Positions 36,425 through 45,525 of a stretch of 64,000 bases of DNA are shown piece after piece. Under the pieces are notes generated by a model. That model had not been told where the DNA came from and ran no database searches. It was given only the letters and a program-made list of their open reading frames with translations. Position 1 is the first letter of the stretch, and the number at the start of each line of letters is the position of its first letter. The stretch is taken from NCBI GenBank assembly GCA_017470945.1, contig JAFUXH010000100.1, positions 1,084 through 65,083 on the forward strand, in the 5' to 3' direction. The translations under genes were made by a program, and so were the position numbers. Source of the stretch: Clostridia bacterium (GTDB lineage: Bacteria > Bacillota > Clostridia > Christensenellales > Aristaeellaceae).

Positions 36425-37945
36425 TTAGGATGTCCGCCTGGCATGGGAAAGGCCCTTCAGGCCCGCTTCGCCATAGCACAGGCGCAGTTGATCGCTTGCG
36501 ATGCGCAGGCGGCCGTTCGCTTCTCGGTCAAAGCGCAGGGTGGTGACGAACCAGCCGTTGAGCCAATGGATGGTCACCTCCAGCGCGTCCCGAGCCAGGA
36601 AACGGGCCGTGGCGGCGTAAGCGCCCAGGGCAGGGAATACGGTGTTTTCCGCAAAATTTTCTGTCAGCTTGCCGTCCCACCGCGCCAGGAAGCGCACGTT
36701 TTCATTGACGGTCAGCTCGCACGCCGCATCCCCGATCGCAAGGGTCAGGGATTTTACGTCGCCCGGAACGGCGGGATCCCGAAATTCCACGAAGAAATCC
36801 CCCTTGCCGGGCGGGGCCACGGCGAACCAGGGAACGGCGTCGCCGTCGGTCGCGGCGTAGCTGCCGGAAAAATCCCGTTGAAGGGGCAGCGCGTTGGGGG
36901 CGTCGTCGGGCAGGGCCAGGCCGGCTTCGAGGGTCAGCAGGCGGCGGTGGGCCGTTTCATCCTGGGGCAGCGGCGTGTCGGAAAGATGCCGCAGCAGGTG
37001 GTCGTACACCGCGTCCAGCGTGGCCTGGGGCCCATCCGGCGCCCAGGCGCCTTCGTGAATGGAGACCACCACGTCCTTTTCCGGCCAGATGATGCCGTAT
37101 TGCCCCTGGCCGCCGTCGAAGCGGTAGACCCCCGGCAGGGAACAGGCCCACAGCTGGTAGCCATAGCCGCAGCGGCCGTCCTTCAGTTCCGGGGCGTAGG
37201 GGTTTTCGATCTGCACGCTGAGGGCCTCCCGCACGAAGCGCTCCGGCACGATCTGCTCGCCCTGCCACCGCCCGCCCTGGCAATAGAGCATGGCCAGGCG
37301 CAGGTTATCCTCCGTGGTGGCGAAGGTGCCCGGCTCCGCGTCGATGCCGTTGGCAAAGGGCAGCCACACGAAGCGGTCCCCGTCGATACCGATTTTGCGG
37401 AACAGCTTTTCGTTCAGGTAATCCTTCACCCGCATCCCGGTGCGCTTCACCACCAGCGCCCCCAGCATGCAGCTGCCGGCGGAATTGTACAGGAAGCGCT
37501 CGCCCGGCTCATACGCCATTTCGGATCGGAAATAGTGGCCGATCCAATCGCCGCTCAGGTCCGACATTTGCTTCATCCCGCCGGACATCGAAAGCACGTG
37601 GCGCACCGTGATGCGCCGCATACGGGGATCCGTAACGGCGATCTGCCGCTTCGCGATTTCGTCGGCAAAGATATCCACCATTTTTTCATCCAGGGAAAGC
37701 AAGCCTTCCCCGGCGGCGATGCCCACGGCGGTGGCGGCGTAGCTTTTGCCGAAGGAGTGGTTGGAGTGAACCAGCCGCGGCCCGTAGGGGGCCCACCAGC
37801 CCTCGGCGAACACCCGGCCGTGCCGGGCGGCCATGAAGCCGTTCATTTGGGTGTGGCGGTGCGACAGCGCGCGGATCCATCGTTCCACTTGAGCGGAGGA
37901 TACGCCCACCTCCTCCGGGGCGCAGCGGGGCAGGGCAAACGGCAT
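36425..37945 (-). CDS. serine hydrolase, beta-lactamase/esterase family
   Basis: MPFALPRCAPEE start. SxxK as SFGKS. 506 aa. Confidence 0.82.
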   Translation of the reverse strand: MPFALPRCAPEEVGVSSAQVERWIRALSHRHTQMNGFMAARHGRVFAEGWWAPYGPRLVHSNHSFGKSYAATAVGIAAGEGLLSLDEKMVDIFADEIAKRQIAVTDPRMRRITVRHVLSMSGGMKQMSDLSGDWIGHYFRSEMAYEPGERFLYNSAGSCMLGALVVKRTGMRVKDYLNEKLFRKIGIDGDRFVWLPFANGIDAEPGTFATTEDNLRLAMLYCQGGRWQGEQIVPERFVREALSVQIENPYAPELKDGRCGYGYQLWACSLPGVYRFDGGQGQYGIIWPEKDVVVSIHEGAWAPDGPQATLDAVYDHLLRHLSDTPLPQDETAHRRLLTLEAGLALPDDAPNALPLQRDFSGSYAATDGDAVPWFAVAPPGKGDFFVEFRDPAVPGDVKSLTLAIGDAACELTVNENVRFLARWDGKLTENFAENTVFPALGAYAATARFLARDALEVTIHWLNGWFVTTLRFDREANGRLRIASDQLRLCYGEAGLKGLSHARRTS

Positions 37946-38027
37946 GGGGCAAACGCTCCTTTCCGAGGCTTTTTTGAAAAGAGGCGAGAGCACCGGGATG
38001 CTCTCGCCTGATGGGATCACGCCTGAT

Positions 38028-39515
38028 TTATTTCGCGGCCAGCCAGGCATCCAGCTGGGCCTGCTTGGCGGAAATGATATCGTCGATGCCGGCGTCCTTC
38101 AGGGCCTGCTGGAACATGGGCAGCACGTCGTCAATGTCCACTTCGCCGTACATGAGGGGCAGGTAATACTGGGCGATCACGTTGGCGCAGGCGGTGACCT
38201 GGTCGGTCACGCTGGAGGAATCAAACACGAAGCCCAGGGCCAGGGAAGGCTTGGATTCCGCGTTCAGCTGGGCGATGCGTTCGCTCAGATCGGGCATCTG
38301 ATAATCCTGCGCGGGGCACAGCAGGGTGTTGGGCAGGGTGCCGCCGCCCAGGGTGTACCAGCCGACGGTGGTGGCGGTTTCGCCTTCGGGCAGGGTGATC
38401 TGGCCGTTTTCATTCAGCACGTAGTGCTTGCCTTCGATGCCGTTGGCCAGCAGCATGGCCACTTCGGGGTTGGTGTACAGCTCATTCAGCACGCGGATGG
38501 CGGCTTCCTGATCCTTGCAGAAGGGGGTCACGTGGAACAGATAGGTGGTCACGGTGCTGGTGGTCATGATGCGGTCGGAAATTTCCGCGCCGTCGAATTT
38601 GCAGCCGTACATTTCGGACAGGTTGTTTTCATACAGCCAGATTTCCATGCTGTTGGTGGTGTAGCCGGGGGTGCCCTGGGCGATGCCGTACTGGATGTTC
38701 ACCAGGGTGGGGTTGGAATTCGAAAGGGGATCGGGGGAGATCAGGTCGTTTTCCTTCCAGATCTTCACGTTGTCCAGCAGGTTCTTGAAATAATCGGATT
38801 CATAGTAGTTTTCCACGGTGGTGCTGTTGAGGGGGTCGGTCAGCACGCCCAGGAAGTTGCTGGAATCGCCCAGATCGTCGATGCCCTTGGGGATCCAGTA
38901 GGTTTCGGTGGAGCCGGGGATGTAGTAGTGGGTGGGGTTGGCGGCCTTCATGGCCAGCATGGCCTGGGTCACGTCGTCCAGGGAATGCACCTGGGACCAG
39001 TCGATGTTGGCGGACTGGGAATCCTCCAGCACGGCGGCGTAGATGTTGGGGGCGGAGTAGCAGCCCACGATGGGCAGGCCGTACAGCTTGCCGTCGATGC
39101 GGCAGGCGTCCAGCACGGTGCTGTCAAACAGGTTCAGCAGCTCGGGGCACTGGGAGGCGATCAGGTCGTCCAGGGGAGCCACCTGGCCGTTGGCGTGCAG
39201 CTGGCTCAGGGGGGCATACCAGAAGGACGTGAACACATCCAGGGCGTCGGGGCCGCCGGTGAGCATCAGGTTCAGCTGGGTCTGCCAGGCGCCGAATTCG
39301 ATGCCGACGATATCCAGCTTCGCGCCGACCTTGGGCACCAGGATGGCGTTGATGGCGTCCTCCACCTCTTTTTCATCCTTGTTGCCGTAGAAATTCACCA
39401 TATTCATGCGGATCACAGGCACGTTTTCTTCCGCGCTGGCGAAAACGGGAATGCTCATGCAGCTGAGCACCAGCGCCAGGGCCAATACCAGGGAAAGCAG
39501 TTTGCTGACCTTCAT
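38028..39515 (-). CDS. sugar ABC transporter substrate-binding lipoprotein (LplA/YesO-like)
   Basis: MKVSKLLSLVLALALVLSC lipobox. About 495 aa SBP family 1. Confidence 0.85.
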   Translation of the reverse strand: MKVSKLLSLVLALALVLSCMSIPVFASAEENVPVIRMNMVNFYGNKDEKEVEDAINAILVPKVGAKLDIVGIEFGAWQTQLNLMLTGGPDALDVFTSFWYAPLSQLHANGQVAPLDDLIASQCPELLNLFDSTVLDACRIDGKLYGLPIVGCYSAPNIYAAVLEDSQSANIDWSQVHSLDDVTQAMLAMKAANPTHYYIPGSTETYWIPKGIDDLGDSSNFLGVLTDPLNSTTVENYYESDYFKNLLDNVKIWKENDLISPDPLSNSNPTLVNIQYGIAQGTPGYTTNSMEIWLYENNLSEMYGCKFDGAEISDRIMTTSTVTTYLFHVTPFCKDQEAAIRVLNELYTNPEVAMLLANGIEGKHYVLNENGQITLPEGETATTVGWYTLGGGTLPNTLLCPAQDYQMPDLSERIAQLNAESKPSLALGFVFDSSSVTDQVTACANVIAQYYLPLMYGEVDIDDVLPMFQQALKDAGIDDIISAKQAQLDAWLAAK

Positions 39516-39594
39516 GGGGGTTCCTCCTTCTTGATGCGGCCGGCGATTACCGGCTTTTGATGGTATCATCATAGCAAATCGACCCCGGGGGCCG

Positions 39595-39749
39595 CTATCA
39601 ACTTTCTGGTGAGAACTATCAATTTTCTGTCATTTTTGCGGGAAAAGCATGTGGGATCCGGCCGGTTTTGGCACTCCTGCGCCATGGGCAGCCCCGTTTT
39701 TGCGCCATTCCGAACAGAAAATTGATAGTTTTCCACAGAAATATGATAG
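39595..39749. promoter_or_regulatory. four-site symmetric repeat array in a divergent promoter region
   Basis: ctatcaactttctgg (39595-39609) and ctatcaattttctgt (39616-39630). Inverted partners acagaaaattgatag (39715-39729) and acagaaatatgatag (39735-39749). Sites 2 and 3 extend to a perfect 17-bp inverted repeat (aactatcaattttctgt / acagaaaattgatagtt). Confidence 0.55.
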
Positions 39750-39820
39750 TTTTTTTCACTTTTCTTTTGGTATCATACAGATACGTCAAAGACCCCAGGA
39801 AAAAAGGAGGATGGTCCTGC

Positions 39821-40786
39821 ATGGCCCGCAACGCTTCATCTCAAGTGGCTGCCCCCACGCTTTCCCAGCGCAGCCGGAAAAGCCGCCGCCTGCGTCAGTT
39901 CATTCCGCTGTATCTGATGCTGCTGCCCGGCTTCATTTACCTGATCATCAACAATTACCTGCCCATGGCCGGGCTGGTGCTGGCGTTTAAAAAGGTGAAT
40001 TACTCCGTGGGGCTGCTGCAAAGCCCCTGGGTGGGGCTGCAAAATTTCTCCTTCGTCACCAAAACGAAGGACGCCGCCCTGATCTTCCGCAATACCATCC
40101 TGTATAATATTGCCTTCATTATATTGGGCAACCTGCTGGCCATCATCGTGGCCATCGCCCTGGATACGATTACCAGCAAATTCTTTAAGAAAACCAGCCA
40201 GGTGGTCATCCTGATCCCGTATCTGCTGTCCACCATCATCATCAGCTACATCGTGCTGGCGTTCCTGAGCCCCTCCAACGGCTTCATCAACAAATCCATC
40301 ATCATCCCCATGGGGGGCAAGGCCATCAGCTGGTACAACCAGCCCAAATACTGGCCCTACATCCTGACCATCGTGTATCTGTGGATGAGCTTCGGCTATT
40401 CCTCCATCCTGTATTATTCCACCCTGATCGGCATCGACAAGAGCCTCTACGAGGCTGCCGTGGTGGATGGCGCAGGCATCTGGAAGCAGATCATCCATGT
40501 GACGCTGCCGTCGCTGAAAACCACCATCATCACCCTGGTGCTGCTGGCGGTGGGCCGCATCTGCTATTCCGATTTCGGCCTGTTCTATCAGGTGCCCAAT
40601 CATTCCGGCATGCTGTATTCCACCACCCAGACCATTGATACCTATGTGTACCGGGCGCTGCTGGAATTGAACGATATCGGCCGCTCCTCCGCCGCCGGCT
40701 TCCTGCAATCCATCCTGGGCTTTATCTGCGTGTTTACCGCCAACATGGTGGTCAGCAAGATCGATAACGAAAGCGCCTTGTTCTGA
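39821..40786 (+). CDS. sugar ABC transporter permease (LplB/YesP-like)
   Basis: MARNASS... behind AAGGAGG. RQFIPLYLMLLPGFIYLIINNYLPM is typical of LplB. Confidence 0.88.
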   Translation: MARNASSQVAAPTLSQRSRKSRRLRQFIPLYLMLLPGFIYLIINNYLPMAGLVLAFKKVNYSVGLLQSPWVGLQNFSFVTKTKDAALIFRNTILYNIAFIILGNLLAIIVAIALDTITSKFFKKTSQVVILIPYLLSTIIISYIVLAFLSPSNGFINKSIIIPMGGKAISWYNQPKYWPYILTIVYLWMSFGYSSILYYSTLIGIDKSLYEAAVVDGAGIWKQIIHVTLPSLKTTIITLVLLAVGRICYSDFGLFYQVPNHSGMLYSTTQTIDTYVYRALLELNDIGRSSAAGFLQSILGFICVFTANMVVSKIDNESALF

Positions 40787-40813
40787 CGCGGGCAAAAGAA
40801 AGGAGAGAATCGT

Positions 40814-41692
40814 ATGATCGTCAACAATAAAGCGTTCAAGGCCGTCATGTACGCCCTGCTTGCCTTCCTGGTCATTGCCTGCGTGATGCCCTTCTGGCTG
40901 CTGTTCGTTTCCTCCCTCACCAGCGAAACGGCGCTGGCCCAGAACGGGTACAACTTCGTGTTTACCGAAGTGAGCACCGCCGCCTACGAATACCTGTGGG
41001 GCGTAAGGAATTCCATCCTGCGGGCCTACGGCATGAGCATCCTGATTACTGCCATCGGCGTCAGCTGCAACGTGGTGCTCACCGTGCTGTTTGCCTATCC
41101 CCTCAGCCGCCGGGATCTGCCGGGGCGGCGGGTGATTTCCTTCTTCCTGTTCTTCACCATGCTTTTTAACGGCGGCTTCGTGCCCACCTACATGGTGTAT
41201 ACCCAGATTTTCCACTTCAAGGACAGCCTGGCGGGCATGATCGTGCCTTACCTGCTGATGAACGCCTTTTACGTGATGATGATGCGCACCTACATTTCCA
41301 CCAACGTGCCCAACGAGGTCAACGAGGCCGCCAAGATCGACGGCGCCACCGAGGTGCAGTGCCTGCTGCGCATCGTGCTGCCCATGAGCAAGCCCATCAT
41401 CGCCACCATCGCCCTCATGTCCCTGATCGCTTACTGGAACAACTGGACCAACGGCATTTACTTCCTCACCACCCGCACCGATCTGTACGGCATTCAGAAT
41501 TACCTGACCAGCGTAATGAACAACGCCACCTTCCTGCAAACCCACAGCATGGGCGCGGTGAATTTCAAGATCCCCAACGTCAGCGTGCGCATGGCCATCG
41601 CCGTGATCGCCGTGGTGCCGGTGCTGATGATGTATCCCTTCTTCCAGAAGTCCTTCGTCAAGGGCATTACCCTGGGCTCCGTGAAGGGCTGA
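40814..41692 (+). CDS. sugar ABC transporter permease (LplC/YesQ-like)
   Basis: 292 aa, 6 transmembrane segments. EAA-like NEAAKIDGATE motif. Confidence 0.88.
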   Translation: MIVNNKAFKAVMYALLAFLVIACVMPFWLLFVSSLTSETALAQNGYNFVFTEVSTAAYEYLWGVRNSILRAYGMSILITAIGVSCNVVLTVLFAYPLSRRDLPGRRVISFFLFFTMLFNGGFVPTYMVYTQIFHFKDSLAGMIVPYLLMNAFYVMMMRTYISTNVPNEVNEAAKIDGATEVQCLLRIVLPMSKPIIATIALMSLIAYWNNWTNGIYFLTTRTDLYGIQNYLTSVMNNATFLQTHSMGAVNFKIPNVSVRMAIAVIAVVPVLMMYPFFQKSFVKGITLGSVKG

Positions 41693-41704
41693 TCCCACGA
41701 AAGA

Positions 41705-41742
41705 CAGAGAAAACCGCCGTTGATTTTCTCTGCCTCTTTTTT
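41705..41742 (+). terminator. intrinsic terminator of the permease operon
   Basis: Stem cagagaaaa/ttttctctg followed by a T-rich tract. Confidence 0.6.
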
Positions 41743-41784
41743 ATGGCGGCGCCGAGGGACCGCTTATTCCACGGTGAAGGGCGT

Positions 41785-42021
41785 CTATTCGATGTGGTTG
41801 TTCTGCATTACGTTCTTCGCCCGCTTCATGTCCAGCTTTTCGATCCGCTCCTCAAATCGTTCCCGGGGATATTGCGTGCCCAGGTCCGTTCTTTTCAGAA
41901 AATCGATGTATTCCCCGGCGGCCAGACGCTCCTGCTGGATGATCACAAGCGCTTGCATGCCGCCCCTCCGCTCGTTGCGCTTCTTTTTCTTCGGCATAGC
42001 ACAGATTCCCGAAGAAAACAA
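41785..42021 (-). pseudogene. short ORF resembling only the N-terminus of an acetyltransferase-like protein (possible remnant)
   Basis: 78 aa. The ...YIDFLKRTDLGTQYPRERFEERIEKL segment is followed by an early stop. Abuts repeat B copy 2. The assignment is from memory and is weak. Confidence 0.25.
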
Positions 42022-42049
42022 GAACGCAGCGAACCGCTGTTCACTGCGC

Positions 42050-42304
42050 CAGACTATCGAAAAACCCGGGATGCATCGAAGGGGTCACAGCCCCTTCGAT
42101 TGAAATCCGCAGCCGGCGACATGCGCGGCGGCGAGGAGCAACCGGAGGTTGCTTCTGCTATCCATTTCTGACCGCGAAAATAGGGTTTTTGCTTCCTTGG
42201 AAGCCGAAAACCCATTTTTGCAGGAAATGGATGCTCCGAATCAAAGCGGAATCCTGATTCCGATTTGATTCGCAGGTTGTCGAAAACACTTTTTCGACAA
42301 CCTG
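42050..42304 (-). repeat. family B multi-hairpin repeat, copy 2 (short form, inverted)
   Basis: Reverse complement aligns with 108-270 and 420-477 of copy 1. The ~110-nt central block differs. Source of spurious ORF 42054..42449. Confidence 0.8.
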
Positions 42305-42345
42305 ACGCAGCGAACTTCTGCTCGCTGCGTTCAGGATCCCATCGG

Positions 42346-43050
42346 TCAGCCCGCCATCGCTTCCGCGATGATCTGCGCCAACGATCCGGTGTATAGGGAG
42401 GCGCCCCAGGCTTCCGCCAGGCGGCGGCTGTCCTGGGCATGTGCTTCATCGCCGCAGCCCAGCCAGATTTCGTCCTGGGGCCGATCGTGGGCGAACAGGT
42501 CCTTTTCGCTGCCGGCCAGGCTGGTCAATTCGCCCGCGACTGCCTGCAGCATGGGCGCGGACAGGAAGGGATCTTCCTCTCCCGCAGCGAGCTTTCTTCC
42601 CAGCGCCGCCAGGTCGAAGCAGCCGTTGAAGGCGATGATTTTGCGGAATCTGCCCGGGCTGCGCAGGGCCACCGCGCAGGCGGCGTAAGCGCCCCAGCCG
42701 ATCCCGCCGATCATGGCCCGGTCGTTGTCCACCGGGAACATATGCTGGCAGATGCCCGGGAATTCTTCCCCGGCGAAGCGGCCGAATTTCCCGCCCCAGC
42801 GCAGGTCGTGCCCCAGGGAATGGGAAATCCAGGGGCAGCAGATGATGAGCTGCCGCGCGTTGCACAGCTTTTCCAGTTCCGGCATGCGCAGAAACTGCAT
42901 TGGGTTTTCCCCGTTGTCGTGCAGCAGGTACAGCACGGGATAGCGCTGCCCGGCTTCTCCCGTCAGCAGGGCGGCGTCGGGCAGCAGGGTGACGGCCTCA
43001 AAGCTGCCGAACAGGCAGGTGGATAAAGCGTTCCATTGCATGATCGCCAT
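42346..43050 (-). CDS. esterase-family-like protein lacking the nucleophile serine
   Basis: YLLHDNGEN. The elbow position reads GIGWG (Gly codon at ~42697-42699). Start MAIMQWNAL lies 1 nt after the upstream stop. Confidence 0.7.
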   Translation of the reverse strand: MAIMQWNALSTCLFGSFEAVTLLPDAALLTGEAGQRYPVLYLLHDNGENPMQFLRMPELEKLCNARQLIICCPWISHSLGHDLRWGGKFGRFAGEEFPGICQHMFPVDNDRAMIGGIGWGAYAACAVALRSPGRFRKIIAFNGCFDLAALGRKLAAGEEDPFLSAPMLQAVAGELTSLAGSEKDLFAHDRPQDEIWLGCGDEAHAQDSRRLAEAWGASLYTGSLAQIIAEAMAG

Positions 43051-43051
43051 G

Positions 43052-43897
43052 TTACTGCGCCTCCATTTCAAATGTACCGCTCAGGGGGATCCAGTGAAGG
43101 AACCGCTCGACGTGCCGGTTGCAGTACTCCCAGTCATGCATGCCCTGATCCCGGATATCCTCAAATTCCAGGCCCATTTCGTGCATTTTGTCCATGACGG
43201 GGTAATTTTCCGGGGCGGTAGGGTCCTGCGCGCCGACGGCGATGTAGAATTTCGGCAGCTCAGTGCCGGCCTTCAAGTGCTTTTCCAGCATATACAGGTT
43301 GTCCGCCGGGGTGTTGCGCAGCTTGGCGGCGGAGCCGAAGGCGGCCCACAGGGTGCCGAACTGCTCCTCGCAGAAATCATCCCGCAGGCAGGGCGCGCCC
43401 AGGTGCTCCGTGGGCGGGATGGGCTGGCGGGGGATCAGGCCGATGGGCCCGGCGAAGGTGCCGCAGGCGGCGAACATATCCGGCCGCTGCATGGCGAATT
43501 TGAAGGCGCCGTAGCCGCCCATGGAAAAGCCGGCCACGAAGTTTTCTTCCCGCTTTTCCGAAAGGGGGAACACCCGGCGCAGGTATGCCGGCAGCTCCTG
43601 GGAAATCTGGGTCCAGTACTTGTAATCGCCCTCCGCCGTATCCATGTAGCCGGCGTAGGAAATGCCGGGCATCACCACGGCTACCCCTTTCTGGGCGGCG
43701 AACAGCTCCACGGCGGTGTAACGGCTCCAGTCCGAATGGTCAAAGCCGCCGCCGCACAGCAGCCACAGGGCGGGGTAGCGGTAATCCTTGGGCCGGTCCG
43801 CCAGGGAATACCCCCATTTGTTTTCCGGGATGATCACATTCACCCCCATGCGCATTTTCATGGCCGGTGAAAAGTAATCCAGTTTGCACAATGCCAT
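43052..43897 (-). CDS. esterase-D/'putative esterase' family alpha/beta hydrolase
   Basis: GFSMGGYGA elbow. 281 aa. Confidence 0.85.
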   Translation of the reverse strand: MALCKLDYFSPAMKMRMGVNVIIPENKWGYSLADRPKDYRYPALWLLCGGGFDHSDWSRYTAVELFAAQKGVAVVMPGISYAGYMDTAEGDYKYWTQISQELPAYLRRVFPLSEKREENFVAGFSMGGYGAFKFAMQRPDMFAACGTFAGPIGLIPRQPIPPTEHLGAPCLRDDFCEEQFGTLWAAFGSAAKLRNTPADNLYMLEKHLKAGTELPKFYIAVGAQDPTAPENYPVMDKMHEMGLEFEDIRDQGMHDWEYCNRHVERFLHWIPLSGTFEMEAQ

Positions 43898-43943
43898 CGA
43901 ATCACTCCTTTCCTTGTGCTTATGCTATCACAAAGAAAAAAGA

Positions 43944-43962
43944 ATGTCAATCGTTTACATTA
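43944..43962. promoter_or_regulatory. LacI-type operator atgtcaatcgtttacatta (identical to 28377-28395)
   Basis: Lies 47 nt upstream of the minus-strand esterase start and just upstream of the plus-strand -35 box. Confidence 0.55.
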
Positions 43963-43968
43963 ATTTTC

Positions 43969-43997
43969 TTGACATAAAAAAGGACTTGTGATATATT
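43969..43997 (+). promoter_or_regulatory. promoter TTGACA, 17-nt spacer, TATATT
   Basis: Consensus -35 box with 17-nt spacing. Drives the phosphorylase/esterase operon. Confidence 0.5.
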
Positions 43998-44013
43998 AAT
44001 TTTGAAAAATGAA

Positions 44014-44029
44014 TTAAAACGTTTACATT
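44014..44029. promoter_or_regulatory. operator half-site copy (ttaaaacgtttacatt)
   Basis: Shares CGTTTACAT with the 19-mer. Located between the promoter and the RBS. Confidence 0.4.
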
Positions 44030-44051
44030 CTGTAAAACGGAGGGGTTGCCT

Positions 44052-45512
44052 GTGAAAAAAGTGGAAAACAAGATCATGCTGATCACCTATGCCAACGCTA
44101 TGGGGAAGAACCTGAAGGGGCTGGACGAGGTGCTGGACCGATACTTCCCCGGGGTGTTCGGCGGCGTGCACATCCTGCCCTTTTTCCCCTCATCTGGGGA
44201 TCGGGGCTTTGCGGTGATCCACTACGATACCGTCGATCCCGCCTTTGGCGATTGGCATGATATCGACCGCTTGGCGGAGAAATATTACCTGATGGCCGAT
44301 TTCATGCTGAATCACATTTCCATCCGGGCCAAAGAATTCCAGGATTACATGGCCCGCGGCGACGCCTCCCCCTACCGGAATATGTTCATCCACTGGGACG
44401 CCTTCTGGCCCAATGGCGAACCCACCGAGGCGGATATGGAGAAAATGTACCGCCGCAAGGCCAACGGCCCCTATTTGACCTTCACCCGGGCGGACGGGAA
44501 GCAGGTGAAGCTGTGGAACACCTTTTTTGAGGAGCAAATCGACATCGATCCCTACGCGGCGCCCACCCAGGCGTATTACGAGCGCAACCTGGGCCGCCTG
44601 GCGGATCACGTGCCGCTGATCCGGTTCGACGCCTTCGCCTACGCCTCCAAGCGGCCCGGCACCTCCTGCTTCTTCGTGGAGCCGGATATCTGGAACGTGC
44701 TGGATATCGGCATGCGTCCCCTGCGGGCCCGGGGCACGGAGATGCTGCCGGAGATCCACGAAAATTACCACATTCAGATGAAGATGGCGGAGAAGGGCTA
44801 CTGGGTTTATGATTTCGCCCTGCCCATGCTGCTGCTGCACGCCCTGATGACGGGCCGCGCGGACCGGCTGAACCACTGGCTGCAGATCTGCCCCCGGAAG
44901 CAATTCACCACCCTGGATACTCATGACGGCATCGGCATGGTGGACGTGGCCGACCTGCTCACCGACGAGGAGATCGACCTGGTGCGGGAGCGGGTGGATG
45001 AGATCACCCTGCCGGCGAAGCCCTACATCCGCCTGCCCGGCATGATCAAGCAAACCGGCAAAAAGGCCACCCGGTATCAATTGAACTGCACCTATTATTC
45101 CGCCCTGGGGGCCGACGACGACGCGTACCTGCTGGCCCGGGCGGTGCAGTTTTTCGCCCCCGGTATCCCGCAGGTGTATTACGTGGGGCTGCTGGCGGGG
45201 GAAAATGATATCGACGCGCTGAAGCGGGGGGAGGAGCCTCGCTCCATCAACCGCCACACCTACACCGAGGCGGAGATCGCCGAGGCGGTGAAAAAGCCCA
45301 TGCTGCAAAGGATGTATCAGCTCATGCGCCTGCGCAATACGCACCCGGCCTTTGACGGCGACATTACGATCGAGCCCGACCGGGGGGACGGCCGGTTGAC
45401 GATCCTGCGTAAGAACAGGGAGCAATGGGCGGAATTGACCGCTGATTTTAAAGCGAAAGCTTTTACGGTTCGGTATACCGATCCCGCGACGGGAGAAGCC
45501 CACATATTTTAA
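44052..45512 (+). CDS. GH13_18 sucrose-phosphorylase-family glycoside phosphorylase
   Basis: LITYANAMG, ILPFFPSSGDRGF, IRFDAFAY (nucleophile Asp region), LPEIHENY, LDTHDGIG. GTG start 6 nt after GGAGGGG. Confidence 0.85.
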   Translation: MKKVENKIMLITYANAMGKNLKGLDEVLDRYFPGVFGGVHILPFFPSSGDRGFAVIHYDTVDPAFGDWHDIDRLAEKYYLMADFMLNHISIRAKEFQDYMARGDASPYRNMFIHWDAFWPNGEPTEADMEKMYRRKANGPYLTFTRADGKQVKLWNTFFEEQIDIDPYAAPTQAYYERNLGRLADHVPLIRFDAFAYASKRPGTSCFFVEPDIWNVLDIGMRPLRARGTEMLPEIHENYHIQMKMAEKGYWVYDFALPMLLLHALMTGRADRLNHWLQICPRKQFTTLDTHDGIGMVDVADLLTDEEIDLVRERVDEITLPAKPYIRLPGMIKQTGKKATRYQLNCTYYSALGADDDAYLLARAVQFFAPGIPQVYYVGLLAGENDIDALKRGEEPRSINRHTYTEAEIAEAVKKPMLQRMYQLMRLRNTHPAFDGDITIEPDRGDGRLTILRKNREQWAELTADFKAKAFTVRYTDPATGEAHIF

Positions 45513-45525
45513 GGAGGGATGCATC

